A DNA stretch of 34,675 bases from Klebsormidium nitens. Taxonomy: Eukaryota > Plantae > Klebsormidiophyceae. The notes beneath the pieces were generated by a model. That model was given only the letters and a program-made list of their open reading frames with translations. It ran no database searches and was not told the origin of the DNA. Shown piece by piece: positions 11,501 through 23,500 of the stretch. Location: contig DF237717.1 of assembly GCA_000708835.1 (NCBI GenBank), positions 1 through 34,675 of the forward strand, given 5' to 3'. The first letter of the stretch is position 1. The number at the start of each line of letters is the position of its first letter. Both the position numbers and the translations under genes were made by a program.

Positions 11501-14500
11501 ACAAGAGAAACATCCCCTAGTCTAATTATGAACCCCAGAATGACACGTGCACGGAAGTCGGCATACTCCTTGACCAAAGCCTTCGTTCTGGTTCTGGCTA
11601 TCCACTTGCGGGAAACTGGATAGCAAGCTTCCTTTGACAGCGTTTGGCTGCAAAATCCTCTCCTTTTTCAAGAGGTCCATCTGCTTTTCAAAGTATTTTA
11701 CCTTGATAAAGAAGCTGACGCGATCGTACAGCGCCCCTGGGACGCACTCAAACGGCAGCTCCGAGAGAGCGTCGTCTAAAGACGCGGAGGGGCAGAAGAT
11801 GCCCCGAGGGGTGACGGAAGTCTGCGGGTCGAACTGCGCCCATGCCCGGTCGACGGAAACACGCACTCTGCTCAGGATCGCGGCGGAGGATTGGTGTTCG
11901 GTCCTATTCGGTTATCAGGTCCTATTTATCGGTTCCCATTACTTGGCTGCCAATTAGCTCCTCGAAGATTAGTCAAAGGCGGAATGCATGAAAGATTTGA
12001 CGCGGGGGATTACGGCACTGTGTCCAAAAGCGGTCGACCGAAACACGCACTCTGCATGGGGTGACGGCCGGAATGTAGGTTAGCGGGTCCAAACTGAGCT
12101 GCTCGAAACTCAGAAAAGGGCCGAAATGCAGATGAGTTTTGCAAGTCAATCACGGGGAGAGTTTCAGTGAACGAAGCCTGGTTAGTGGCTCGGTTTTGTG
12201 ATGAGTGCCAAATACGTGCTTTCCTCGTGTCGCGGATTTGTACCGAACAGGTTTCCGAAGGTGAATTTCTGTCGAAAATTCGAGAACCGGAGCCTTTTAA
12301 AGATAGTATGACTAAGCCTGGGAAGGCAGGCGGTTAAGACTAGATTTGGGCCTGGTTAGGCGAGACCTAGAGCAGGACAAACACGGGTATCCCGATAACC
12401 AGCCGTCTGCGAAACGATTTGGTTGGGGGCCGGACAACGTACCGGTGACAGTCGATGTTGTGTTCCAGGTAAGCCGCGATACGAGTGAGGTACTCGTTCT
12501 CGGAGGTTCCCAGGAGGGAGGGGCCGAAGCGCGTCAAGATACGGTGCACTAATACCTGCGTAGAAAGGACGACAAAGTGGTTGGGGGTAGTTCCCTGTGC
12601 GACTCCACGCCTTTTTCTGGAATGAAACCTTCGTGCTACTACCGAGAGCGGACAAATTGCAAGGGAAATGGAAGTTTGAGCTTGGAGAGACGCTTTGCTA
12701 GCAGGGTTGCCGGAGACTGGATGTGACTTTGCATCCTGTTCACTTGTCCACAGTGTGGCAACTCCCTTGGCTTCTTAAGAGGCTTGTCTGCTAGCTTCAC
12801 AGCCCGGGGGACGGGTAGGGTTGGTTTCCTGGTTAGGGTGGGTAGGAGTGCGGAGCGCGTGGGATTTTAAGTTAGGGTTTACTTCGAATGCCGAGATTTC
12901 TGAATATGAGGAGGAAAGCCCCTTGGGAAACATCGGAGTTGCCACTATCTTGATCCCTTGCCAACCCAAGACGTTGAATAGAAGCTCACCAAAATAGAAA
13001 TATGGAAGACCAGAGTCGCGTAGTAACATAGCGTTTTCTTTAGAGCGTTTTACAGCACGAAAGGCGCCTGCTCTCGCTTGAGTAAACGGTTCACAATAGG
13101 CCAGAGCTAAGAGCAAGCGAAGATTCCTTACTGCAGGAAACTATAGGACAAGAGGATTTATGCAGGGGAAAAGCGGTTCCGAAAAGCGCGCGTAGTCTCA
13201 CTCATGCACGTGCAAGCAGTGGTGATGGCTGGTGACGTACGCCAGCGTGGTGGGCCGGGGGCCCAATCACTCATGATTTTTTCACACCACGTCAGTTGCT
13301 GAAACACTCACTTGTGTGAACGTGCGCAGGTTGTGGTGGTGGCTGGTGAGATAAGGCAGCGTCGCAGGAAAGAGGAGCCGAAGCATGTCTTGCTGGACCA
13401 ATCCTGGAGACGAATGCAACACCACGTGGGCTGCAATCATCACGAGCGAGGCTGCCGTCTGCGTGCGGGTGTTCACATCGTTGAGCCAGGGGACGAGGGA
13501 GTCCTTCACCTGCGGGGTGTGAATGGGCGATTGAGAGGGGGCAAAGAGGGGAGTCTGAACAAGGACTTTCTTCGACCAGTTTCTAGAAGACGGAAGAGCG
13601 GACTTGCAATTGTAAAAGGGATGAGTCTTGACGACATACGCGCAATGGAAGCTTATGCGACTTGACATCGAGGAGGATGTGCGCTCAGAAGTTTTAGAAT
13701 GTTGAGGTGGCCTGCGCGACAGGAAGGCGAAAGAAGAGAATCTTGCTCCGCCTGAGTATTGCAGGGAAAGAAAGTCTTTTACCCCGCAAACGTCAGCAGA
13801 AGCAAGTTCGAGAAGAACCGCTGCCCCTTTGACAAAGCAGAAAGCGCACAAAAACTCAGGTGGCGCGAGTCCAAGTCTCATCACATTGAGGAAGGAAAGA
13901 TAGATAAGGATCGCCAATTGCTCCGCATAACCCCGCGTGGACGACGTGTTTTTGCGGAATACAGCTCGATCGCTCACCAGAGGCACCAAGCAACAGTAGT
14001 TGTGGTTTGCTGAAAGTTGCAAACCGTTGACGTTGGCTCACCAGGTGCGGAAAGCGCGGATGTCACTTGACTGATCCGCATGGTGCCACGAAACGCATCG
14101 TTTCTGCTTTGTGCTGCTTGATCGCCTTTGAAAGAGACGAAGCAAATAACACAAACGGGCACGAGACTGCATTATCAGAGAAATGCCGAATGTCTCACCA
14201 GGTGCGGGAAGCGCAGGTAGACCTGGACCGCAAACTGCTCCACGTACTGCCGCACGGACGACATGTTCTGCACCTGGATCGCGGCCGCAAGCAACGGCTG
14301 CAGTTCTGCCACGTCAGCGCGCTCTAGGAAGGGGCTGAGCACGCACAGCATCTGCCACGTGCGCACTTTTTTCCGATGTGCGATGCTGCCCTTCTTGTAC
14401 AGGTTTTTGGACACGTCCGCATCGCGCGCCTGCACGGACGTCCGGAAGGCGTCAGCATTGCCGAAGTTTCTTCATATTGTCGAAGTTTCCAATTGTTGGA

Positions 14501-17500
14501 CCTTTGATGTCTTGTGAATGCATGGACTTTTCGTAAGAATTTTGTACACGTCCGCGTCGCATGTCTGCGCGGACGTCCGGATGCGTCAGCAGTGGCCGCT
14601 GTTCTTCAGATGCTAAAAGTTGTTAGCTGTAGGTGCCGGTTCGGGTTATTGTAGTTTCAGATATGCATCTCCTTGTCAAGCTGAGACAGACGAAAGCAGG
14701 GGCGCGTGAGTACTTGTTCGTGAGTAACTATACTCGTAAGCGCAGGTTATGGTGCGCAGTAATTTGTGGTTAAAACGTGCCGCGAATTGGATGACTGTGG
14801 TTTGAAACGTGCCGCGAAGTGGATGACAGGAAGAACATGATGTACTTTACAGAACGGCACGTTCAGAGTAGGGATGGAGAGGTGACAGAGAACGCCAAAG
14901 CTTCACAATGTGGAGAACGGAACAAAATTCATGGACGCAAAACTTACCGAAAGTCGAGTAGCTCCGTGGAGCAACACCGGTCCAAATGTCCCATAGCCTT
15001 TCGCAACTTCCGGCAGCGTTTTGGACGCCTAAATCAGCGAAAGCGTCCAGTACTTCAAAAGTTTAAACTGCTTCTCACCGAGAAAGCGAGCAGCTACCTA
15101 ATCAGCGCCTGTCCGCCTGTGCGAACGTCCGGTAGCTTTCCGCAGTTTTCTCGGATCGGACCTTTGGGAAAAGGGAAAAACCTTTATCTCCTTAAAACGT
15201 CAAGGATGCAATACTCACCGAGAGAGTAAGAAGGTCCATAAGCAGCGCCTGTCCGAACGTCCGGTAGCGTTCCGCAACGTCCGGCTGCGTTTCGGACGCG
15301 GTGCAGAGGCGCGCCATCTCGTGCACCATCACGGCCACGCTGACGCGGACGTATAGCTCCGAGTTATGGAACACCTGGGGGAATAAGCGGACAGAAACGA
15401 TACATAAGCCACGGACCTCCGTTGAGCTGGCAGGTGAAAGAGAAATACGATATCAATAAGCCCGGATTAAGCAGAACATGGGGGAATATGCGCTGAAGGA
15501 CCAGGGCACAAGACATTTCTGGTGTTGTGCGTCGGGAGGTATATAAGGGTGCGTGTACCGTTTTTGTGGGACACTGGGAAAGGGTAGACGAAGTATGCGT
15601 AATTTACGGCTGGCTGACCACCCTCGTTTTTTCGAAGGTGCGTCATCAGGTCGCATTAAGTGAAGAGTAGCAATATGAGTGCAAAAGCAAGAAGAGAGAC
15701 AAGCTCTGTGGCTTCATCGTCCCTGCTTTGCACCCGTGGCAACGGCATCAATCACGTCATCAAAAGTAGTCCGAAACTCTAAGATGTTGAACGGAGGAAT
15801 GGTACAGAATGCACGCGCACTTCTGTGCGTCCAGGGTCCCTGCTCTGCGACAACTGCAGACCTCTGATCACTTCACCAGAACCAATCCCCAGACAAATGT
15901 GAAAAAGCATAAAACAGATCCCAGAACTTCAAACCATTCAGACAGTCAGGAACCAACAAAATGCGCGCGCACCTCTGTGACTTCGGGGTCTTTGCTCTGC
16001 AGCAACTGTGGTACTTATAAACACCTCTCAGAATTCAGAGATTGGTCTGTTAAAAAGTACGGAACAGAACGCGCGCGCACCTCTGTAAGTTCGGGGTCCC
16101 TGCTCTGCAGCAGCGCCGCGTAGTTGCCGCCGGCAGGCTGCCCCTCCGACAGCATCTCGTCCAGCTCTTCGTCCACGGCGTCCGAACCGTGCAGCGCCAT
16201 GCGGACAGCTTCGGACACGTACAAACGGGCGATGTCCGGATGCCGCAGCCACAGCTCGCAGACCTGGAAATAAACGATGGCGGCTTAGTGTTAACCTCAT
16301 CATAATTAGTCCAGCTTTGTCCAGCTAGCTTAGCATCGACGGCGTCCGAACCGTGCAGAGTCATGCGGACGGCTCCGGACACATACAGCAGGGCGACGTC
16401 CGAAAGTCGCAGCCACAGCTCGCAAACCTGAAACAGAAGGACGGCGGGTTAGGACTTAACCTCGTCGGAACCCCACAGAACAGCGGACTGTTCGTGCTCG
16501 TACAGCAGGGCCGTGTCCGGGTGCGCAGGCAAATCTCGCAAATCTGGAAAGGTTAATGGCGGGTTGTGCTTGACCGCGTCAAAACCAATGGTTTGCCGTG
16601 GATTCTGTGACCCAGACGGTCAGACGGCTTCGGACAAGTACAGGAGGGTGCCGTCCGGATGCCGCATGAGCCTCCGCTTGGTTTTCTTTATGACGGACCC
16701 GAGTTGCTCTTAACCGGACTCGAAAGCGGCCATCACTTTCGGGGCGCGGCATGAGCAGAATGTTGAGGCAACAATGAACGCGCAGCGCCAGGCGGCGGCG
16801 CTTGCTGCAGGCGGAGCGCTTAATCGCACCTCAGGTATGCGTCACCACTTCTTTCCACCTTGTTGATAAAAGGCACACAGCCCCCAACGTGAACAGGTTC
16901 ACGCATGATTTGTTGTTTACAGAACACCGTCCCCACAAAGATATACCATGCAGACTTTGTTGATCGCACCATCCCCATCGTAAGAAGTTCATACAAACAA
17001 CCGCACTTTCCTATGTCAACTGCGTCCAGAATATTGAACAGGATGGACATATCAAGAATGCTCAGAACGTAGTTCGCCAGTGAGGCTGTAACCAAAGCTC
17101 TTTCGACCCCGTCGCTTCTTGAAGCACTTCACAATAACAAGTACTTAAAGCGCCAAAGATTCAAGACGAAAGTTTTCCACATTATGGCTTTCAGCACTTC
17201 AGAGTCGCACCTACCTGCAAAGCCGCCAATCGGATAGTCCTCGGTGACTTCTGCCCGAGCTGCAGCATCTGCGTCAAAAGCCACCGGAGGGGCCCGGGGT
17301 CTTCCCCCGAGCCGTGCATCTCGGGCCGGGAGAACAGGGACGGGTGGAGAAACGTGGCAAGCACGGATGACGTCACGCTGACGCGGCGCTTACGCAGGTC
17401 GGCGGTGGCGGCCCACGCGGACTCCACGAGGGGCTGCAGAACCTGCGGGAACGGAAGCCGGGAAGGGGTTCGACCGATAAGCAGATCGACGTTGTTTCTA

Positions 17501-20500
17501 TTGACTTATCATCAGGAGCTCTTGTTGTTTGCGAAGGCTCTTGATTGCGAAACGTCCCGTACAAACGCGTTTTCACCGCCGGAAGTGAGTACAGGCTGCC
17601 GCTGACAGAATGATGGAAGGCCAGTCGTCAAAAAGATCTGTACAATAGTCAGGGAACAACTCGCCCAAGCACGCAAAATGGTAAGGAGCTAGAACAAGCG
17701 ACTAGGATGTGTCCAGTCCAGGAAGGGTGTAAAAACGCTCATGCTGAGCGCAACCGACCAAAAGCACAGCTGAGCGACTAGAAGCCCAGACCCTGAGTTC
17801 GTCGGATTCTGTAAAAGGTTCTGAAAAGGCGTTTGCCTCTGACCTCCGTCTCCGAGAGCCCTTTCCGCTGCGCCGCCACTCGGAGCATCCCCATCTCGAT
17901 CAGGAACCGCGTGCACCGCAGCATGGGCGTCAGGTACGTTTCTGCGGCGCTTTCCAGCCCGTCCGAAATGTCGTCTAGGACGTCCAAAAGCTGTCCCTCG
18001 GTCAAGAACGGACGAGGTTCCTTCGGGGGGGACGACGGGCGGGCGCTTTTGGGGGGGGAGGACGGACGACTCGCTTTCGGGGGGGAGGGTTTGGCAGACG
18101 GGGGAGGGGGGGGCTGGGCGGCGCAGGTGGCGAGGAGCGCGTCGAGGCAGAGCCATTTGTGCTCGGAGACGGTGCCACGCATGCCCCTGATAGTGAAGTC
18201 TCAGTTAGTCGGAGGGTTTTCGTCGGGAGTTTCAGGGGGACCTCATACAGATAGAAGGCTGAAGGAGAGCCAAGGAGGAATCACGAAGAGACTCTCTGCA
18301 AGTTGCGTAGCGCTTGAGGTTGCTTTCCTGCGTGACATTGCACATGGCTCATCTTTTGAATATCAGTAATCTCTTTCTATTCTAATCTGGCAGCCGGATT
18401 GAAAGGATGTTGACAGCGCAGGTGAGCGAAGCTCTTGATGCGGCGGACCGATTTGGGAAGCCTAGTGGATAGATATGAAGATTGGAATTGCTTTGCTTTT
18501 CTCCGCGCAGGTCTGCGGAGGGATAGCAGTAACGTATTTCGAGATACGAACAATGAATCATTCCGCTGCCATTGTCGCCGAAAGAGCCGGCCCGACCGCC
18601 ACGTCAGCGAGCGCACCTGGGCAGCGAGGGGAACTCGAGCACGTTGGCGGCCGCCCTGCTGACGTCATCCGCCACGTCATCGGCCACCACGGCCAGCGCC
18701 CGGGTGAAGCCCTCCACCGGCTGCTCGTAGTGCTCCTCCGTGACCACCACCAGCGCAGCGCGGCCCTGCAGCGACGTCACTACGAATTAAGCAAAAGGCA
18801 GTGCAACCAAGTATGAAAATTTCGAATACGCAGAATACGACTAGCAAATAGAGACGGAAACGGGAGGTAGTCAGCCAGTAAAAAGGACTGGGACCAATTT
18901 TGACGCCCACCTTTTATCGCTTCCTCCGTTACGCTGGAAACACCCAATTACACAACCGAAGAAGAGGTGCAAAGAACACAAGACCGAAAACGAGAAAAAA
19001 ACAAGAATTGAAAATAAGGACCGACTTTGACGGCCCCTTACTCCGCCCCTCTGCCGCAATGAATCCATAATCCAAGCAGAAAAGATGAAATGCAGAGAAG
19101 TACAAAAATGGCTACAACGACAGCAAGGATAAAAAACTGGTACCATTCAAGGTACCAGCAAGGCGCCCACCTTGGTGCGCGCCTCGGCCGCAACACGAGA
19201 ATCGTGGCACACAAAATCAAAAACAAGACAAAGATTCCTGTTACCTAGACAGCAAGACTTGTCATGACGCCCACCTTGCTGCGCGCCTCGGCCGCGCTAA
19301 CTGCCGCGGCCGCCCGGCAGACGGCGCTGAGGGCTTCCAAGATCGCGGCCCAAAGTTCTGCTTCAGCGGCGGTAGCGGGGAGCGCTTGGTGGGCTCTCAG
19401 AAAGGCGACGAAGTGCCACAAAAACGCGAGGAGGAAGTTGGTGGCGGATTCGGGGTGGGGGGACGGGTTTTGCTGTTGGAGCCAGATGCAGCACTCGGAG
19501 ACGCAAGTGACCGACAAGACCTGCAAGCGCGGAAGCGGGTGTGAGTAAAGCAAATTAGAAGGCACCTTCTTCCCCATTTTCTCAAATCTGACATTCTTCC
19601 TTATCCTCCTACGCTTTTCCTAAAGATGCAAGGTGTGCTAATGATGCAAACACAACGGCACTTCGGCACTGCAGCAGTTGGACCCCTCACGCCCCTTAAT
19701 GAAGCACGACCGAAGCCGACAAGAACGTTCCCGAGTTGCGCTGTCAAACTCGTGCGCAAAGTCGCAAGAGAATCTTAGCCCGTCGACGTACGCTGCACTT
19801 TGAGGGCGTCGTTGCGGGATCCGACGGCCTCAGATTGTCGAGATTGCTCACCGCACGAGTGACCGTTGTTGCAGCGTTTCCAGTGAGCGCCCGAGGCCCC
19901 CCGCCGAAAACGAGGGTACCCCTCCCTAGCGGTCCCACTCCAGAGTTGGTCGTTGGGGCTCCCGGAATACCCGCTAGCATTCCCGCCCCCTCCCACAGAA
20001 CGGCCGACGCTTTGCCGGCATATGCCGTCAGCTCGTCCATGCACGCGCCGAGGACATTAGCCACGTGGCAGGCCAGCGTGGTCCCACGTGGAGAGGCTCC
20101 GTTGGAGTGGGGGCCGTTCGACGAAGGAGGAGGGTGTTGAGCTTTTGGGGAGCCACGTGGCGGGGCGTCCGGAGGGCACGTGGCAGCGAGAGAACGAAGG
20201 ACGAGGAAAGTCTTTTCGGCTTGGCCTGGGGGGAGGTAGGGGCGGCGGTAGATATCAAGAGCACGGTGTTCGAGGATCTGTCAAGCAGAAAATTGGAAGG
20301 TTTGAGATATAGCAAATGAAGCGTCACGTTACGCATACCTGAACACGATCGCTTTTTTGGTTCAAGAAGCGGATCCTTAGGAGTCAGTAACGAGATAGCT
20401 CAGGATGGGTCGGTTACGTCCCGCCAGGTCAGATTCGCTTCCTGTTTGCTGCTACAGAAGGCAAATTCACCTCTCGGCAAAAAAACTGCAGCCCCTTACG

Positions 20501-23500
20501 CAAACGGCGTGAGAACCATTCCGCGTCGCAGACACTCGTTCCCTGCGTCACCCTTTCCAAGTATGATACTGCGGCTTCCGTCAGTACTGTCCCTACGTTT
20601 CAATACTTGGTGGCAACAAAAAGTGGTTAAACGCCAACAGACCACTCCAGCGGTTAAGCACGACTGACAGATCCACCTTTTGATGTTCAGAGCTCGGTTT
20701 CGTTCCGACTTTTTAAGTAATGATTTAGGATCTCGCAGAACAACAACGTCCAACACTTGCATGTACACACAAATTCTGCCGGTGCCCGCGCAGTAAAGGG
20801 TCTTCACCTCCAGCAGCGCTGCCACGTCACCTGACGGCAGCAGCTCGAGCGCCAGAAAAGCGGCCCACTGCTGCGCCTCCTGCTCCCAGCCACGTGTCTC
20901 GTTGGCAGACCCCGCGCCGCCAACTGCCACGTGTCAAACAGTGATACTGATTTGAGGGACGTTATCACAGGATCACGAGCGCAAAAGCCCCGCCCGACGA
21001 CATGACACCGACCAAATGTGTCAAATGGAAGCAGCCCCGTTGCTTTGAAAGACCTTCGTCGCCGTTAAGGCCTTTTATCCCATCGACGGTCAGAAGTCAT
21101 CCTTTTGCAGGTCTTCAATACACCCATTCCACCCTGAAAACCAGCACCAAACGATTGCGTCGCAAGAACAGTGCTGCTGAGATGCTAGTAGGGCACGCCT
21201 TGGCTGTTTGACGATCGCAACAGCGGCGTTTTATCAGCGGTAGCAGCAGCCAGCGAATCAGCAGCGTCGAACGCATGAAGGACAGTTCGTACAACTACCG
21301 CAGGTGGATGCTACATCAAGTTCTTCAGGTTTGCAATACCTGTCGATCCTTCGTCTTGCACGGCAGGCATCAGCGAGGCCTTGTTGCTCGGCAGAGCCGC
21401 CCCGCTGGTGGGTTGGAAAAAAGCCTCCAGTGCTAATGCAAGGCCCGGGGAGAGCCACGAGGAGAAGCGCTCAGCGGCGGCGCCGGAAGGGGGGAGAGCT
21501 GGGGCTACCCACGTCACAAAGTCGTCGCGCAAAGCACCTGAATGTAGAAGAGAAAGGGTTTTACCGTTTGAAGCTTCAGGGTTTTTGAAATTTCTGGGGT
21601 TGCAAAACAGATGAAGTAAAACCAGGCACGGCGCAGGTCTCTACACGCGGTAAGGATCCAGACTCTTGCTTCCAAGATTACCCAAGTGGCATCTCGGAGC
21701 AACTAATGATCCCATTGTCGGGGTAGAAGCGAGCTCTCAAAGTTCGCGGAAGAGGGAGGATCTCAGCAGAGTGAGTTACTGACGACAACGGCAGAAGAGA
21801 TAACTCTATTGCAAACCAGTTGCTCCGGAAGCGTTCCTCAATCAAACGCATTCTGTCCACGCGCCACCTACACAGAAGAAGGAAACTTCCCAGAGACCGA
21901 GTGATCACCAAATCGGACGGCCAAGAAAGAAGGAAGGAGAAAAGATTGCATAATAAGCGTCCGAACAAACTGTATCAGGTAAGGTCGTTCGATAGCCCTC
22001 CGATCTCGTATCTCTTTCGGAAGGCGTCCTTACCTTTTGGACTGAGCAAGTCGTCCGGAAACGCGGCCAGCAGCTTCGCCAGCGCACTGATCGTAAACCC
22101 CGGGGGTTTAGCGGCGCCGGCCGCGGCTTCGAGCGCCTTTCCGCACACAGCGAGCCGGAACCCCGGGTTGTGGAACCGGCGGCTTTCCTGAACCACCGCC
22201 CGCAACCGATCAAGCGCCTCTTCCGTTTGCAATTGCTCCGGTGCGTCCGCCGGAACGACAAGCGGGTTTTCCGGGGCGGAGGAGGAGCGTTTGGGATTGG
22301 AAACGGCTAGAGGTTCCGAAGCGGCCACAAGGCACGAGGCGAGGGTTAGGAGGCCCGGGCGGGAAACGACGCCCGCGAGGCTGACACGTGTCAGCTCGCA
22401 GAGAAAAGGCAGCCGATGAGGGGCGGGAAGAGCGGAGACGAATGAGAGGAAGAAGTCGGAGGCGCGGAGGGTAATGGGGGAAGCCCAGACGCCTCTCGAG
22501 CCTGCATGGAGCCACAGGAAAGCGACAAGTCAATGCACATACACCGCCCGTTCGAGTTTTAAATATCCTTGTAACTTGTACTAATCCAGATGAGATAGAA
22601 TCCAATCAGGTGGGCGACCAAACTCCGGTCTGAGAAACAACGCTATTTGACTTTGGCACAATCCTGAAGGTTTATCATTGTTTGACATTTCTCCAGCGTC
22701 CGAGGAGGCACTGCAAAGTAGTAGATTGCATATTGAATCTTAGGCCCGCGAGAGAGTGTTGCAAAGAGCAGTTCTTGGAGCGGATCGCAGGCTTTGAGTA
22801 ATTGTATAGCCGACCAGTCTTCGAGGACTCACCAAAAGCCGGGTGTTGGACCGGGTCGTCGAGCGCCTTCCAGAGGGGCCCAAGGACGAATTGCTGCGGT
22901 ATCTGGGAAAGCCACGTGTCGCCGTCCCATTGGCGGTCGAAGAATGACGTCAGCACGGCCTGGCGCACCTGCGGGTTGCGGTGCTGGAAGCCGCGCTGCC
23001 ACAAAAGGGACACCCACGAGAAGTCGGGGCCGGGGGGCGACCCAGAGGCCGAGGGCTGAGGCAGATGGTCGCCGGAGTGGAGGACCTCCATCTGCAAGAG
23101 AGTTGGAGGTGTCATCTGTTTCGGCAAGAAACTTAGGTATTCGATAAAAGACGGATGTCGCAAAGCTATTTCCAAACAGCTATTTGCGTCAAATTTGCCA
23201 TTGGTTTAGAGAGTTTTTGAGTCTCGTTCCTGATCTTACTGCCTTCCTTGTCGTCGATCGAACGGGTCAAGACCGGGAACCATAAGAGCATCCGAACCCG
23301 ATGGCAGATTTGATGCAAAGAGCTGTGAACTGGAATCCAGATCTAAACGTCTACAAGTCTCCGTCCAGGCATCGCAGTTCGCTAAGTTGAAAATCCAAAC
23401 AAGAGTTGGCCGAAGGCTTCCGTCTGTCCATACTACGCTGACGTCGATGACGGCACCCGACGCGAACAACTGCGTGAGTGTTGACATCCGATATAAACGC

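Noticed and set aside
17715-17745. Possible echo of TARBP1 exon 17442-17215 (AFLHPS versus TFLHPS)
   Set aside because: Too short and degenerate to distinguish from chance by eye.
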